From NCBI GenBank assembly GCA_001655205.1, contig LPNZ01010590.1, forward strand, positions 1 through 59,301: DNA of 59,301 nt, in the 5' to 3' direction. Source of the stretch: Lenisia limosa. Its lineage: Eukaryota > Protista > Breviatea. Under the pieces are notes generated by a model, which saw nothing but the letters and a program-made list of their open reading frames with translations, was not told where the DNA came from and did not search any database. This document shows positions 13,443 to 26,324 of this stretch, one piece after another (within the stretch, counting starts at the first letter, position 1; each line of letters begins with the position of its first letter). The position numbers and the translations under genes were made by a program.

Positions 13443-14249
13443 CAACGTTTGCCAAGAAGGCGACATCGGGCTAGTCGCCTAATTGTTGATTTGATTGTTT
13501 CTTGTCCTTTTTATATTTCCTTTGTACTGAGTCTTTATAAATACATTTATTGTTCTTTCAAAACCACACTACTCTTCATAACTCAGGAACTAAACTGCAT
13601 GTTCGAGAGCCTGTCAAAGGGCAAGCAGCGAGTTTGCTACTTGCACATGCACCCACCACATTGTGGGATTTCGTCTTTGTCTGCACTAGCCATGTTCCTT
13701 TTCGGATTCACATTTATGTGTTTTCCTTTTACCCAATGGTGCTTGTTAGCGCCCCCCCCCCCCCNNNNNNNNNNNNNNNNNNNNNNNNNNNNNNNNNNNN
13801 NNNNNNNNNNNNNNNNNNNNNNNNNTTTTTTTTTACAAATATCTTTCGTTTCCTTTTCTTCTATAAAAATAAACGTTTCTCCACTTGCAAAAAAATAAAA
13901 TACTGGGGTCTTCGAGCATCTGGAGCAGCATATCAAGGGAGTTGGCGTTCTTCTCGACACATGGTATTCAAGTAGTTAGCTAACCAATTTATCTAAGAGT
14001 ATTCATGAAGTCCTCCTGTTTCTGTCGTTTTCTGTGGATGTTACTTGGTGTAGTCAATCGCTGGAGCTCTATGATCCTAGTTTCAATTGAGACTTTACTG
14101 CAAAAAAAAAAAAAAAATCTCCGAGCACCTAGTGTGACGGGGAGGGGCGCCAAGGAGTGTGGTCGCGGAGGCATGGTAATTTGTGAATAGTATCCCTATG
14201 TATTTATTTGTTTCCCCTAGATTTCTAATGTATATGATATATTATTTCT

Positions 14250-15586
14250 CTTGTTCAAAAAAAATCATACCACACCCCGTGAAGCATACGCCATAGCCCT
14301 CGCCATCCAACTTACGAAAGGTAACAACACCGATACTAAATGGATCAAGGCCTATCAATCGCATCGCACATCGAAAGTCCAGAAGCCATTGCGAACAAAC
14401 TGGCGAAGGAAGGAGCTTCCAAGCCGCCATCCCAGTTTCTCCACATCTAGCCCCCATAATTGCCCGTTACCAAGGATGCTACTTCACCTGCGAAACTATC
14501 AGTGACCCCCTCTCAGCCTCCCCAAACAACAGCCCGGACACCCAAACACTCCTTGGCAATGTCCACAAAAGCCCTGAGTCCCGGCTTGCGAACCTCGTGA
14601 TGCGCTCCGCACTACAGATCCCCACATACGCAATCTACACTGGCACAAACGAATTTATACCAGGCTCCGGCTGCAACAGTAAAAAACATCTTCCGTGGAC
14701 CCTAAAAAAGTTCAGACTCCAGATCATCTCAGATACCCTCCCTACTAAGAATGCTCTCACCCAGGACTCGTCACACTCTAAACAAAACTCATGGTCGAAC
14801 GACGAAGAATCCTGGCAGCGGAGATAGTCCGAACGAACGGTCTGCCCGGCCTATCACAAAACTCCGTTAATTACACCCCTTACATCTACTCAAACTTTAT
14901 ATTCACAGATCTTAACGCAATATTCCTTACCCCCACAGTTCACCCTCTCACAATTGGTATTGTCCCTACCATAACTAACATCCGACATCCCCAATCTGAG
15001 AGCTTCCAGCGAAGCCCTAAAACTCCTCCCCAGACTTTTCCTCCAACACGCCAAGGAAATATGGATTTTCAGATCAGAGCACAACCCAGACCCTTCCATC
15101 CCTCCGGAACCAGACTCCCATTCTTCTTCCCCTCCTCTTAACCCCTAACCCCTTCTCTTCTCCCCTCTTTTTTCCTCTTGCATAACCACCAATTCCTAGA
15201 TCTCTACCGCGCCGCCTCCGACCCGGACAACTTCGACATCGACATCGCCAGGGGGATCATTTCGGGTAACCTCACCACCCACCCGACTATGACCTTCCAT
15301 GGCCCCACGTGTCCGTTGTTCAGGGCATACCTGGCGAACCTCACCTGCCACCACCTCACTAACTTCACCTTTGTCTTCGAGCCTCACCCTTAGCCACCTT
15401 ACCAACTTTACCTTTTCTTTCCCTCATACCTCCACCTATTCGATTTACAACAATTGAATATCATCCCTATTCCATTATTATGTGATAGGTGAAACCCGTA
15501 AAACGGTTTGCACCTATGTATCCTTTTATATCTTTGTCTCATTTACTGAATGTTTTTCGATAAATACATTTTTTGTCCTTTCAAAA
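14250..15586 (+). mobile_element. Degenerate non-LTR retrotransposon 3' portion (RNase H, zf-RVT-like remnant, 3' UTR)
   Basis: Frameshifted RNase H motifs REAYAIALAI, WIKAYQSH and ANKLAKEGA; TLKKFRLQIISDTLPT resembles the post-RT zinc-binding-domain lead-in; shares the conserved 3' tail ending TTTCAAAA. Confidence 0.65.
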
Positions 15587-15822
15587 TATCCGCACAAATT
15601 GTACAGACACATTCAATCGAAAAGGAGGATACTTCACATTTTTTGTGGACAATAAATCAGCTGTGCAATCCGGTTATAACATGCCCAGAAATTAGCAGGA
15701 ACTAAGGGACATGCTTTAATTCGATTAAACTCCCTACTGTGTAATCCATACAGACCCCCCCAACACATCAATTTTGAACATATCAAGGCCTATCAAGATT
15801 CTCACACCCGAAATCCGAATTA
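15587..15822 (+). pseudogene. Second RNase H fragment from a related retroelement
   Basis: FTFFVDNKSAVQS (RNase H third-acidic-residue motif) and FEHIKAYQDSHT. The DNA ATCAAGGCCTATCAA is shared with 14344-14358. Confidence 0.55.
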
Positions 15823-16099
15823 AGGAATTTAGTAGGGATCTTTGTCCCATCCCCTCAGCCCCCTTCCCAATTAAATTTAGTAGTTGAAAGTATAATTACT
15901 GTCCATAATGTATCATATCATATCGATAGCATACTATAATTCGTTAAATACTGCGCATTTTTCAATTGCTAATTAATTGAAATTAATTCACTCAGAATAA
16001 AAAAAGGCTAGTAAGTCCCATTTTCCCTCTTATTAAAACAAGCATGAAAACTCTTCAGATTAATAAAAACGAAAGAAGAAAGAGAGAGAGAGGAATGGA

Positions 16100-17200
16100 A
16101 ATAATGCACCAGGACATACCCGATATTTTGAAGTAGCTTTCTGGATTTTCATCTGGGTTTTCAGCACTTTAGAGTTCTCAACCTTCAATTCATCAGGCCC
16201 AAATTGATTGTTTCAAAAAAACTCAATGTATACTCTGTATCTTAGAGAATGATATAGACATATTATACCACAAACAATAATTTTTTCTTCTTTAGCAGAA
16301 CGCTGTGGTCTTGGCTTTGCAATGTGACACAGGGGAACTTCAGGCAAATCCTGGGGGGGGGGNNNNNNNNNNNNNNNNNNNNNNNNNNNNNNNNNNNNNN
16401 NNNNNNNNNNNNNNNNNNNNNNNNNNNNNNNNNNNNNNNNNNNNAGCAGGTTTAATAGTGGTATGAAAGGAATTGCGACAATCAGGGAGCTCTGACTGAT
16501 TATCATAAGTGTCGAAGCAAACATTGAGAAATTCTTGCGGGGTGGATGATGGTGGAACACCCTACATAGGAATTAACTTCAAGAGAATCGAAGGCTGTTT
16601 CAGATTTGATCCAAAAAATGCTGACGAGAATTGAAAGACATGTAGGGTTTTATGCCAAAGAGCCCATACCATTCCAGGACTGTCTATTCGAATTGATCCT
16701 TGGTTGATGGGAGAAGAGTTCTGCTTCTTGGACTCAATAATGACCGGTTGAGGTGTAATCTGGATGATTTAGTGGATATTTCTGTTTCCCTGTTAATGCA
16801 TTTCCAAATGTCTGAAAATCTGTTTTGTATTTAGCACACCATTCCGCCCACATCTGGCATCCAGGATTGTGAGATTAGCAGCTCCGAGCCTTCTGATTGG
16901 GTCCATTGGAAGAGAGAAAACACCATGCTGTCTCCAAGAAGTTCAAAACAGCAACACAAAAGACCTATAAAGTAAGTGAGTCATGTACTATGTACTCAAT
17001 AGAATAGTACTTCATTAATAGCAAGGGGATAAAGCAAGATATTGCTTACCTCTTCGAAGGGCAGAAACAAAAGATGGGTGGAGAGTTTTTCCTGACACCG
17101 TAAAACCAATTGCAAGGTGCTTTAACTTACCTAACACGTGTATAAGTGGAGGAGTAAAAGGATAATCCGAATTTGGGGTAGTAATCACTTCCAATGTGGC
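16100..17200 (+). other. Possible spliced protein-coding gene of unknown function, interrupted by an N-gap
   Basis: Plausible GT-AG introns flank short open segments (e.g. ELTSRESKAVSDLIQKMLTRIERH). No family recognised and the strand is not certain. Confidence 0.2.
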
Positions 17201-17447
17201 AAACTAAACAGTTAAGTCTGGCTAAAAGATTCAAAAAAAAATAATAAAAAAAATCCTCACATGTGTTTTGTTTGTTCCCTCAATTTCACAAGGAATACGA
17301 ATATAACTGCCTATATTGTTAGAGCTAAAGTCCCATAAAGTAACAAAATTCTCCTCCAACCAAATTCAGTTGTACTCATAGAAAGATCTGTGTCAAAGAT
17401 ACTCTCAAGTACTTCTTGCTACACAGTCAAAGATAGAAAGGATATCC

Positions 17448-17520
17448 ATCCGTCACCATCTCACCTCCTCAAGCCGCAAATATATATATCCGTCAACATC
17501 TCACCTCCTCAAGCCGCAAA
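17448..17520 (+). repeat. 33-bp direct repeat, two copies with 40-bp period
   Basis: ATCCGTCA(C/A)CATCTCACCTCCTCAAGCCGCAAA at 17448-17480 and 17488-17520, 1 mismatch. Confidence 0.85.
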
Positions 17521-18442
17521 GAGATCGCTTCGTCAGGGGCAACAAAGCAAGGGTCTACTTGGAGTGCCATTTCCTCCTTTATTCGTTCTGCCTCGTCTGG
17601 GGGGGGGGAGTAAAACGAAGGAAATTTCNNNNNNNNNNNNNNNNNNNNNNNNNNNNNNNNNNNNNNNNNNNNNNNNNNNNNNNNNNNNNNNNNNNNNNNN
17701 NNNNNNNNNNNNNNNNNNNNNNNNNNNNNNNNNNNNNNNNNNNNNNNNNNNNNNNNNNNNNNNNNNNNNNNNNNNNNNNNNNNNNNNNNNNNNNNNNNNN
17801 NNNNNNNNNNNNNNNNNNNNNNNNNNNNNNNNNNNNNNNNNNNNNNNNNNNNNNNNNNNNNNNTTCAACTTTTTTTTTTCAATATGATGTCATTTTAACA
17901 CTTTCTATGACTTTTGCAGTAGCACCCTCCGCCACCCCCTGATTCTATCTAATATTTCTGTTCTTTTTTTCATGTGAGAGAGTGTATTGAATGTCCTCGT
18001 CGAAACTTGGTGCATATGCTCATGACCATTTCATTTCAAAGCAAGATGGTATCACACAATTAGAGGAATTTTCTAGGTTTTACCAAAGCCGTTCACAAAT
18101 TAACGGTCACAACCCAATCATAACGCTTAGAGCCGTCCCAAGCATACGACCCCCGAGGATCAAAGCTGGATGGACAGAGCGCGAACCAGACCAAACTGCA
18201 GAAAAGAATCTCTACAGGTACGAACAATATGGTTTCAAGCAAACTGTGACTATTCTCAACCATACTGATGCTGAGCAAAAAAGTAGTAACGGTACAAAAA
18301 AAAAAGGGTTGGCTGGGCAAACACAAAGCACAAAACCAAACAAACAGGGCAAAAGTCAAAGGTTACTTTTTTTTAAAAAAATAAGCTGAGGGGAATAATA
18401 GCACTTGGGCTTTGAAAAAGCTCCCCTAGTTAATCTTTGAAC

Positions 18443-18740
18443 TTAGACATTATGATAGACTTGGCGCATAAGGCGGCCGCGTCTGGGGTTAAGGAAGGGA
18501 AATCTGCAGACAGAAATGAAGGTTTTAGCAATCGAAAGGACACGCTGACGCCTGTGTCCATTTGCAATTAACTTTTTTAAGAGTAATACAGCATTATCCC
18601 TGAAGACGGTAATTGACGAGCAGAGCCAAGCATATCGAGTCAGTTGGCCAATAATAATTCCTTTCAAGATGTGTAGGGAAAATTCAACAATTTAGACAAT
18701 CTATCTGACTCCAGAGTAAAGAAAGAAAGCCAGAACCTGA
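18443..18740 (-). mobile_element. Penelope-like retroelement RT C-terminal (thumb/HTH) remnant
   Basis: KLLNFP [frameshift] LKGIIIGQLTRYAWLCSSITVFRDNAVLLLKKLIANGH matches the NFP...G(V/I)xxxQLxRYxxxCS...F...L...L...GY pattern I recall from Penelope-like RTs. No intact RT core was seen. Confidence 0.55.
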
Positions 18741-18991
18741 ATAAAATACACAACTAAAGAACCAACAGTCTCTGGAACCGAAAAAATATTCATGGAGAAA
18801 ATGATAGTAGATGATCATTAAAAAAAGTAGAGATCCCTGGATGGATGGTGGTTAGCCAAAAACAATATTCTGTGACGATCTGCCGCCCTCTTAAATACAA
18901 TAAAGAAGCAGTTCGTGATTTTTCCTGACGCTTACAGTTGTTTCCAACCGAAAATACCCTTGCCTCCAGGTTCGGGTCCTTTTTCTGCTAC

Positions 18992-19153
18992 GCTAACTCG
19001 AGCTTTTCCGGCGAACATTACAAGTGTACGTAACGTTAGCGGAGTACACGAGGAATGTTCAAATGGGAAAAGCTCGAGTTAGCACCGCGATATAAAAATC
19101 CTCCCCAAATCAACTCTATTGGCTGATTATTATATCGCGGTGCTAACTCGAGC
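18992..19153. repeat. Overlapping inverted-repeat (double hairpin) structure
   Basis: Perfect 18-bp IR (18992-19009 / 19066-19083) enclosing further 7-bp and 6-bp stems, plus a perfect 24-bp IR (19072-19095 / 19130-19153). Confidence 0.9.
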
Positions 19154-19155
19154 AA

Positions 19156-19235
19156 CACGAGGGTTGATAACAACAAAACAAACAACGCCCAGGCCAGTCA
19201 CCTCTGCAGCACCGCATCCCATCACTCCAACGTAC
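19156..19235 (+). repeat. 80-bp dispersed direct repeat, copy 1 (copy 2 at 20597-20676)
   Basis: About 10 mismatches over 80 nt between the copies. Copy 2 directly follows an N-gap. Confidence 0.85.
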
Positions 19236-22200
19236 CTGCAGAGGTTGTTAGCGAAAATCTATCTGGGCACAATAACCGAAGCAGGTGTACTTCAATCACC
19301 ATTTTGTACCACAGTAAAAAAAAACTGTTATCGTAATGATCTACGGAGCAGCAAAATTAACCGGCGGGGTAATATTTAGTGAACAATAAGTGCGAAATGC
19401 TATTGGTATCATTTGTTAATAAGTGTAAAAAAAAATGTGGCGAGGTGAACAGAATCCACAAACAACTAGATTCAGGAAACAAAAAATGAAAAAGTGAAAG
19501 TGTCAACAGAACGAGATATTGACATCGTTAAACTAGACTATTCCTGAAGCCAAAAAGGCCCCCAGTCTTCAACACCAGAAATCAAAAAGAAATACGCGGC
19601 ATTCGGTAAATGGACAGTATGGAACAACAATAGGGGAGGGGGGGCTGAGAATATCCAAGAACACTCAAGGTGGCCGGTTTTCGAAAACAGGCAGAATATT
19701 ATGTGGTTTATACTCGAGTAAACTCCCACCAGTTAGCAGTTTTAGCTTTGCTTCTTCGACATTCATTATATTGAGAAGACGTTCGATATCACTTCGGTTG
19801 AAACCGTGAGCCATGAGTCTGCGGTGTGACTTATTGAAAAATGTTTTTTTTTTATGTAAATAGAAGCCAATTCATCGCAATACAAGCCTTCTTTAGCCCA
19901 AAGTAGGGCTTTGTAAAAAGGGGAATGCTCCTTGTACTGTATACACTCCTCTTACGCCGCAACAGATGGGCTAACTTCATCCCTTGATAGCTCTTCAGTA
20001 CCAGTATTGGTATAGACCGGGTACCGTGACGGTACTGGGTTGTAGAACTTTATTGACTTAGACTCCTCAATCTACAGAGTCAACTGAGGATTGCCTTACA
20101 AAAAATTTTTCGCAACCTTCCAATACCTTAGCATCAAGGACTCGTTTTTGGTAAACAGGGTGGTCGAAGTATCTTAGCGGAACCTCGGTCATGTCAATTT
20201 GCTCCAATCTATGGAATTACAACACACTAGGGGGGAAAAAGTGTCATAAGGATGATTTCACATACAAATAGTCTTCAGCCTCCTCTAAACCAAGTCCTCG
20301 CGAAACACACAACGATGCTGCTTCTAATGACAAATACTGTGGGAACCTGCGTAGGTGAATGGTAAATGTAGTACTTCCATTGGGTGCTAAAAGACAGGTG
20401 AATTTAATTATTGGTGATTTATTAAATATCTCTGCTCATAATGAATCCACTCTGTTGGGGGGGGGGGGGGGGNNNNNNNNNNNNNNNNNNNNNNNNNNNN
20501 NNNNNNNNNNNNNNNNNNNNNNNNNNNNNNNNNNNNNNNNNNNNNNNNNNNNNNNNNNNNNNNNNNNNNNNNNNNNNNNNNNNNNNNNNNNNNNCACACA
20601 AGGGTTTATAACAACAAAACAGACAAAGCCCAGGCCAGTCGCTTCTTCATCACCGCATCCCATCACCCCAGCGTACGATATATCAATAAATAAGTTAATA
20701 ATCGGATAACCGCTCACCCTAACTGGATGAGACGTTTGACAAAGGGGTGGTCAAATGAAGGAGCATCATCTGTTGTTTGTGTCTGGGGCCGTACGTAAAG
20801 TCGGTGACTTAAAGACAAAAGCATCATAAATCATATTTTTAGCTTTCATTTTCACATGTTTAAACTATCATTTTCAATGGTATTTAGAAGCGAGCTATAA
20901 AACAAGGTAGTATCTGGTCGCCTCATATCAACTCGTATGATACGTCTCAATGGTACTCTGGTGCGACCCTTGTACTACATCTCTTCACCATTTTGACTCG
21001 AAAGTCTGTTATCTGATCATAGAATGATATTACTGCCAAAACTGAATCACCAGTAAACATACCTGAAGAACCAAAGGCGTTTCTAGAACCTCACGGATGA
21101 GCTTCTTCTCATTCTTAGTTATTCCAATATCTGACACTGGTGCTCTCTGACTCTAAAAAAAGTAACTAGATAAAGAGTACATCTGGACACGGCTTCCACA
21201 GAAGACTGACTAATATGACAAAGAGCTTACCTTTGGAAGCTTCTTCCCAACTGATTGAAAAATAGAGTCAACTTCGCCGTCTAAAATATCCAAACAAATC
21301 TTGCTCAAAATAATTGTACAAACTAATTAAAGCCAAACCAGTATGAGCAATCCTATTCTAATAAATCCTCCTACCTTCAGAGTCATCAACTTCAACCCGA
21401 GGTCTATGTGCTTCTTGAGAGTGAGTAAAGAGAACAACACAAAGAATTCAAAACCCACTTTTAGGGATTGGGTTTTTCGAACCACGGTAGATGGAGTGTT
21501 TTCTTCCACCACGTCGATTATTGCCACCCATTTTGAAACAATAAAAGCAGATAAAAAAAGTCACAAAGATATGTTCATCATCATATGTTTGCACTAATGC
21601 TGGCAGCTATTCATGGTGATGATTTCTCAGATTTGGCATAGGTTTGGTGAGTTTTAGCAGTCAAGCAGTCAGGTGTTTAAGTCAGTCGTTACAGTAAGTT
21701 CAGTTTAACCCGGTACGGTGTATATCTAATGATCGCTGAAAAATCCCGGTCTTGTCCCGGTGTCCCGGTCTTTTACCAAAACCAAATCCTTTTTCGCTTT
21801 TTCAGTTTCGTTATCGGAACTCCTTATTGTTCCCACCCCCATTTTAATATTTTAATAACTCGAAAAATCGTGATATAGTGAGATTCGGGTTTGTTTGCCT
21901 GCCTTGATTTTACCGTTGCCTAAGGTCATGTCTAAGACGTTTTCGGTAGTTTATCATGATAATATTAATTTAAATCTCATTTGCGCAGGCACGGGAGCTG
22001 CAGTGGGTGTCTTATGGGATCTTATCTTTGTCCACCGTTGCTGCCATCCAGGCTGGAATCTCAAGCATCTTTTGTAAGAGTTACCATTAAAGCCCTTTTT
22101 CACGTGTCAGCACACGAAGTTGCAGTTTATATTGAGAACAAGTCAAAGCCAAACTTCAGTTGGAGGGGGGGGGGGAGGACCTCTTGTTCCTTTTGAAACC

Positions 22201-22479
22201 ACAAAAATGAACATGTGCTTATTTTGTTGGCTTGCTTGGGCTTGTTTTTTTGAAATATCATCTTTAAAATTGCTTCAAAATGAATTTGATATAATACGAA
22301 AAACGTCGTGCGTAAAAAATTTCATTTTATTATTTTAATGACAGTTGCCAGTATCAGTTTTGTTTTTTTGTATCTTTTTAATTTAGCGTGTAGCTTAAAT
22401 TGTGTTTCCAATCTAACCCCTCTTGCTCACTCTTTTGTATTTATACAAGAGTTTTTGGTCTTCTTTTTACTCCACCAGA

Positions 22480-24330
22480 CCAACAGGACCAGGCAGCCTC
22501 ATGTGGAGCCACCAAAGCAAACGGGGACCGGACCTTACCCTTAAGTTTCAGTGTCATTGGTCTGTTGACGGCAGCGGGATGCCCAGAGTTCTCCCCTCAA
22601 GTGTCTCGGTTGAGAAGAGGTCCGTTTGCCATGAGCTTTGCTGGTGACTTGTCGACACAATTGACTTCACAGTATTTGAGAGCTGGACCCCGAACAACAT
22701 GAACAAAGATGGACTCCAAGCTGCTGCGAGTGATCTGAGGGCTGCTGTTCAAGCACAATTGCCGCCAGTATGACAGCCTGTTTCCCTCACAGTAACCCTG
22801 TAGAACACAACGGAAAACCAATGGGAAAGCGCAAGAACATCCTACCTCCAATCATGTAAAACGGGCAGGGTCTAAATGAATAACATTATTCTGTTGTTTT
22901 TGGTATCACGCTTTAGTTATGGATGCCTGTTCTGGTCCACCAACAGAGGCCTATGACATTTGGTGAGTGTTGCAAATCAACAGTGGATCGTCTCATTTGT
23001 TTAGGTGTCCATGGACGTCTTCTTCTGAAATTCTTGCTCAACAATTTACGACTTATCTTTCAACCAAAGGAGGAAGCACGTATCTGTTTGCTGGTACTTT
23101 TATTGCAGAGAGGGGTGCGAATGGGTTTTATGGAAATGTATTGTTTCATCTCCTGTTTAGCAACGCGAAAGAGTATAGTGACCTCAGCATGTATTCAACA
23201 TGCTTTTTAATTGCATTTGCCACTGCCATTGGTTGGTTTGTTTATTGTCAAATTTGCTATTGACACTTCTGATTTCGCAGGATCCCACTCCAAAAAGAAT
23301 TCAATTGAATTAGCGCATGAAATTGCTCAGTGCTCCTTTGCAAAATGGCCAGAAGACACTCAGATTGAAATGAAGGATCTTCACGTTCCATCTTTGGAGG
23401 ATCTGACTATTGTCTTGGTTGTATCCGGGAAGGCGACTTTACAAAATGCTCCAGGACTGACGGATCTTCTCAGTGTTGCTGGAAGACAGGCAAAAGGTTT
23501 GTGAACCGAAAAAGGCTATTACATTGTCTTGAGTGAAGTAATTTTGTAGATATCCTTCGCCCAACTCGTCGAAGAGAAAAGGAGCGTATGTTCTTTGTAC
23601 TTATTATCCGCCTTATCCACCAATTACTTCGAACCCAAACTAGCAACGTCAACATTGTTCCTCCGAATAAAACCCCTCTTACTCCCTTCACCCGAACCCC
23701 AACGGTAAGTGATTTAATGCTCCTTTTGTTATTATTGTATTACCATATTCTTTTTTACTAGCATGATATTTTCTTGCATATTAACTTAATAGCTTATGAA
23801 ATTTACCCAACAATCCACTGCTGACCGATTGGCCGTATCGTATACCTGTCCAGAAGTGTCAAGGAGTACTATTGTAGGTTTACGATTGAAAAAGATTGAT
23901 GTTTTAGACCAAAGAAGTGTTTGCCAAGCCCCCAGCCGCGTATATCTCTAAAGCGGACAAAATCGTGTAGGCCTCTTTCATGATTCCAATTGTGCTTAAA
24001 TCTTAATTATCTATCCTCATGAGTAGTAAGAGTGTGACTAGTTTCCAGGCCACCTGAACTAACTGACACGCTACCCTTGGCCGAATACATCCAGCCTAGA
24101 TGGTCGGCACCCGTTGTACCAGTTCCAATTGGGGCCACCATCGAACAGTACCACCCTGCGTTGACCTACGCTCTTGAAGTGAGACCATTCTGATATCATA
24201 GTAGCCATCGCTTCCTGTTTGATTTTCAGGAAATCGGTCTTCTCAAGGAGGTAGTGATTGAAATGAGGCGGTCGAATGAAGACCTCAGAAATGGAGTGGG
24301 ATTGGATGTGCTCTCTTATCTATGGTGACA
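22480..24330 (+). CDS. Uncharacterised multi-exon protein
   Basis: A series of GT-AG-bounded open segments (VFESWTPNNMNKDGLQAAASDLRAAVQAQLPP; DFAGSHSKKNSIELAHEIAQ...VAGRQAK; EIGLLKEVVIEMRRSNEDLRNGVGLDVLSYLW*). No family recognised; ends approximate. Confidence 0.45.
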
Positions 24331-24874
24331 TTATTGATTTAATCAGACATTATAAATGCATATCATAAACTATATGATATATATTATACTGTACTATATG
24401 TACTACATATCATATATTTCCATATTTAATGTGGTGTTAGCTAAGTCGTGATATCACTGAACTTCTTGACAAAGTCCGCCAGGAGACCTCCCTCAAGGTT
24501 TGTACCCTGTGCACTTGCTGATTACTTATTGGTGTAGAGAGAGAGAGAAGATTCATGATTTACTCTTGACGGCACCTATATTTTCAGATCACATATGATC
24601 TATCCTGGTTGACTTAGTGGATGGAGATTTCCGAGTCAAAAGAGTGTATCATTTGTGTATCATCTGTATGGAGATTAAATAAGATCAGATGAGGGTTCAG
24701 TAGTTTACATCAATCTTTTCACTCACTTCTCAGTTTTCATTATTGATTTTATTATTCTTTGAAATTTGAAATTATTCATCACCCAGCTAGAACAAGTCCA
24801 TGATCTACTCCAAATACCTTTATACAAGGTAATAATACTATATATGATATACAAAACTGAGATAATACGTGTAC

Positions 24875-25953
24875 CTAGACAAGACGGTTAATGCGATCAC
24901 CAAATGAAATGATATCTTCCTGGGCAAGAACAGCTTGAATGAACTCATCTTTAGTCAACACCTTGTTATTGTCCTATGATACATTAAAAAGTCATATACA
25001 TATGATATAACACATATATACCTATATATGTATATACACTCCCAAATAGTATGAAAATTGCATCTAACCTTGTCAAACTTCTTGAAGACCTCCGCCACCC
25101 AAGCTTCAATATCGTTCCGAGCTTCGGGGGTGAGGGCGTTGAACACGTCGTTGTTAGCCACCTACGAATATGAAAAAACAATAAGTATGTACCCAAGTAC
25201 ACACAAAGCCATCCCCTGTCACCTGAAGAGGACGAGCAAGAGAAGTTAGAACAAGAGTCATTTCCTGGATTGTGAGATTCAAAGGGCAATTGAGTAAAAG
25301 TTGAGTTGCAACGCACTTGAGGGGAGATAACACCATTGTCATCGAGATCATAGATGTGGAAAGCCATCACAAGGCGCTCATGGAGGGTCCCTCTCATGAA
25401 GACACTGAAAATGAGAAATCAGTAAGAAAAAATGCAAAAAAAAAAGTTAAATAGATGGTTTACCCTTTTCAAGCAAACAGTACTCCAAGAGAGGGCCTAC
25501 CTGAGTCCAGTGATGTACTCACGGAAGTTTATCCACCCTGATTGGTCGTGATCAAACTCATCAAAGAGGTGGTTCATGAAGGCTTGACTGGTTTGTTAAA
25601 AGGTGATGTTTATTTAAGAAATATACATACATATATAATTTCCACAAAAAGCGACGAGGGCGGAACACTATTGGTCATACCGCTCAGATTCGTCGATTTT
25701 GACACTAGCATTGGCGAGAGCCTGCTCGAATTGTGCTCTGTTGATACGGAATTTGTCCTCCTATTTAATAAAGTGCCAATCCAGCTTCTTTCTTTCCTAC
25801 ATTAGACTGGCGCGCAAGTGCCAGGAAAGACCTGTGAAGGGTCCTCAACTCCTCAACAGAAAAATGGGTCTTTTTGTGGAATTCTTCAAAATATCTCCAT
25901 TGAGGAGCTCCATAGATTCGACCTAAGTTGTTATTATAAGGATTGGCACCCAC
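24875..25953 (-). CDS. EF-hand calcium sensor (NCS-1/frequenin or calcineurin-B-like) with N-terminal Met-Gly
   Basis: MGANPY...KTHFSVEELRTLHRSF; EF loops DHDQSGWINFRE, DLDDNGVISPQE and DKDNNKVLTKDE; LVMAFHIYD. Confidence 0.88.
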
Positions 25954-26324
25954 TAATGTCGTTTCCCATTTTTTTTATTCCAGATCCTTGTTTTTCTGTA
26001 TGTATAAAATGCTGTCGTATACTAACAAATATGGTGTTTCGGTGTTCCAGTTTTCCTGCGTTTCCAGTTTTTACCACTAGAATGAATTTTTTTTAATGCA
26101 TCCAATAATCTGGGGGAATATTTACCCTAGAAACAGACAGTTAATTTGTGAGATCTGGCGATCCTTAACCAATCTGAAAACTGGCTTTACAGGCTTCGTG
26201 GCTGCGCGTCCACACCAATTCCACACTCCCTCTACCTGCACAACAACAGCACTCCCCACGCACTCCCACAATCAAAAATAGTAGTGCTCATATAGTGTGA
26301 CACTATAGTGATCGTAGTGATATT

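Noticed and set aside
13000-15586. Repeats read as paired LTRs or as a CRISPR-like array
   Set aside because: The copies are nested 3' ends of unequal length ending in an A-rich tail, with no TG...CA termini and no regular repeat-spacer period.
16570-16720. Kinase C-lobe-like text (DLIQKML...PWL)
   Set aside because: No HRD, DFG or APE motifs were found upstream, so the resemblance is too short to call.
17900-21600. Hammerhead ribozyme expected near a Penelope-like element
   Set aside because: By eye I found no CTGANGA-stem-GAAA core with pairing stems on either strand. An Infernal search would be needed to exclude it.
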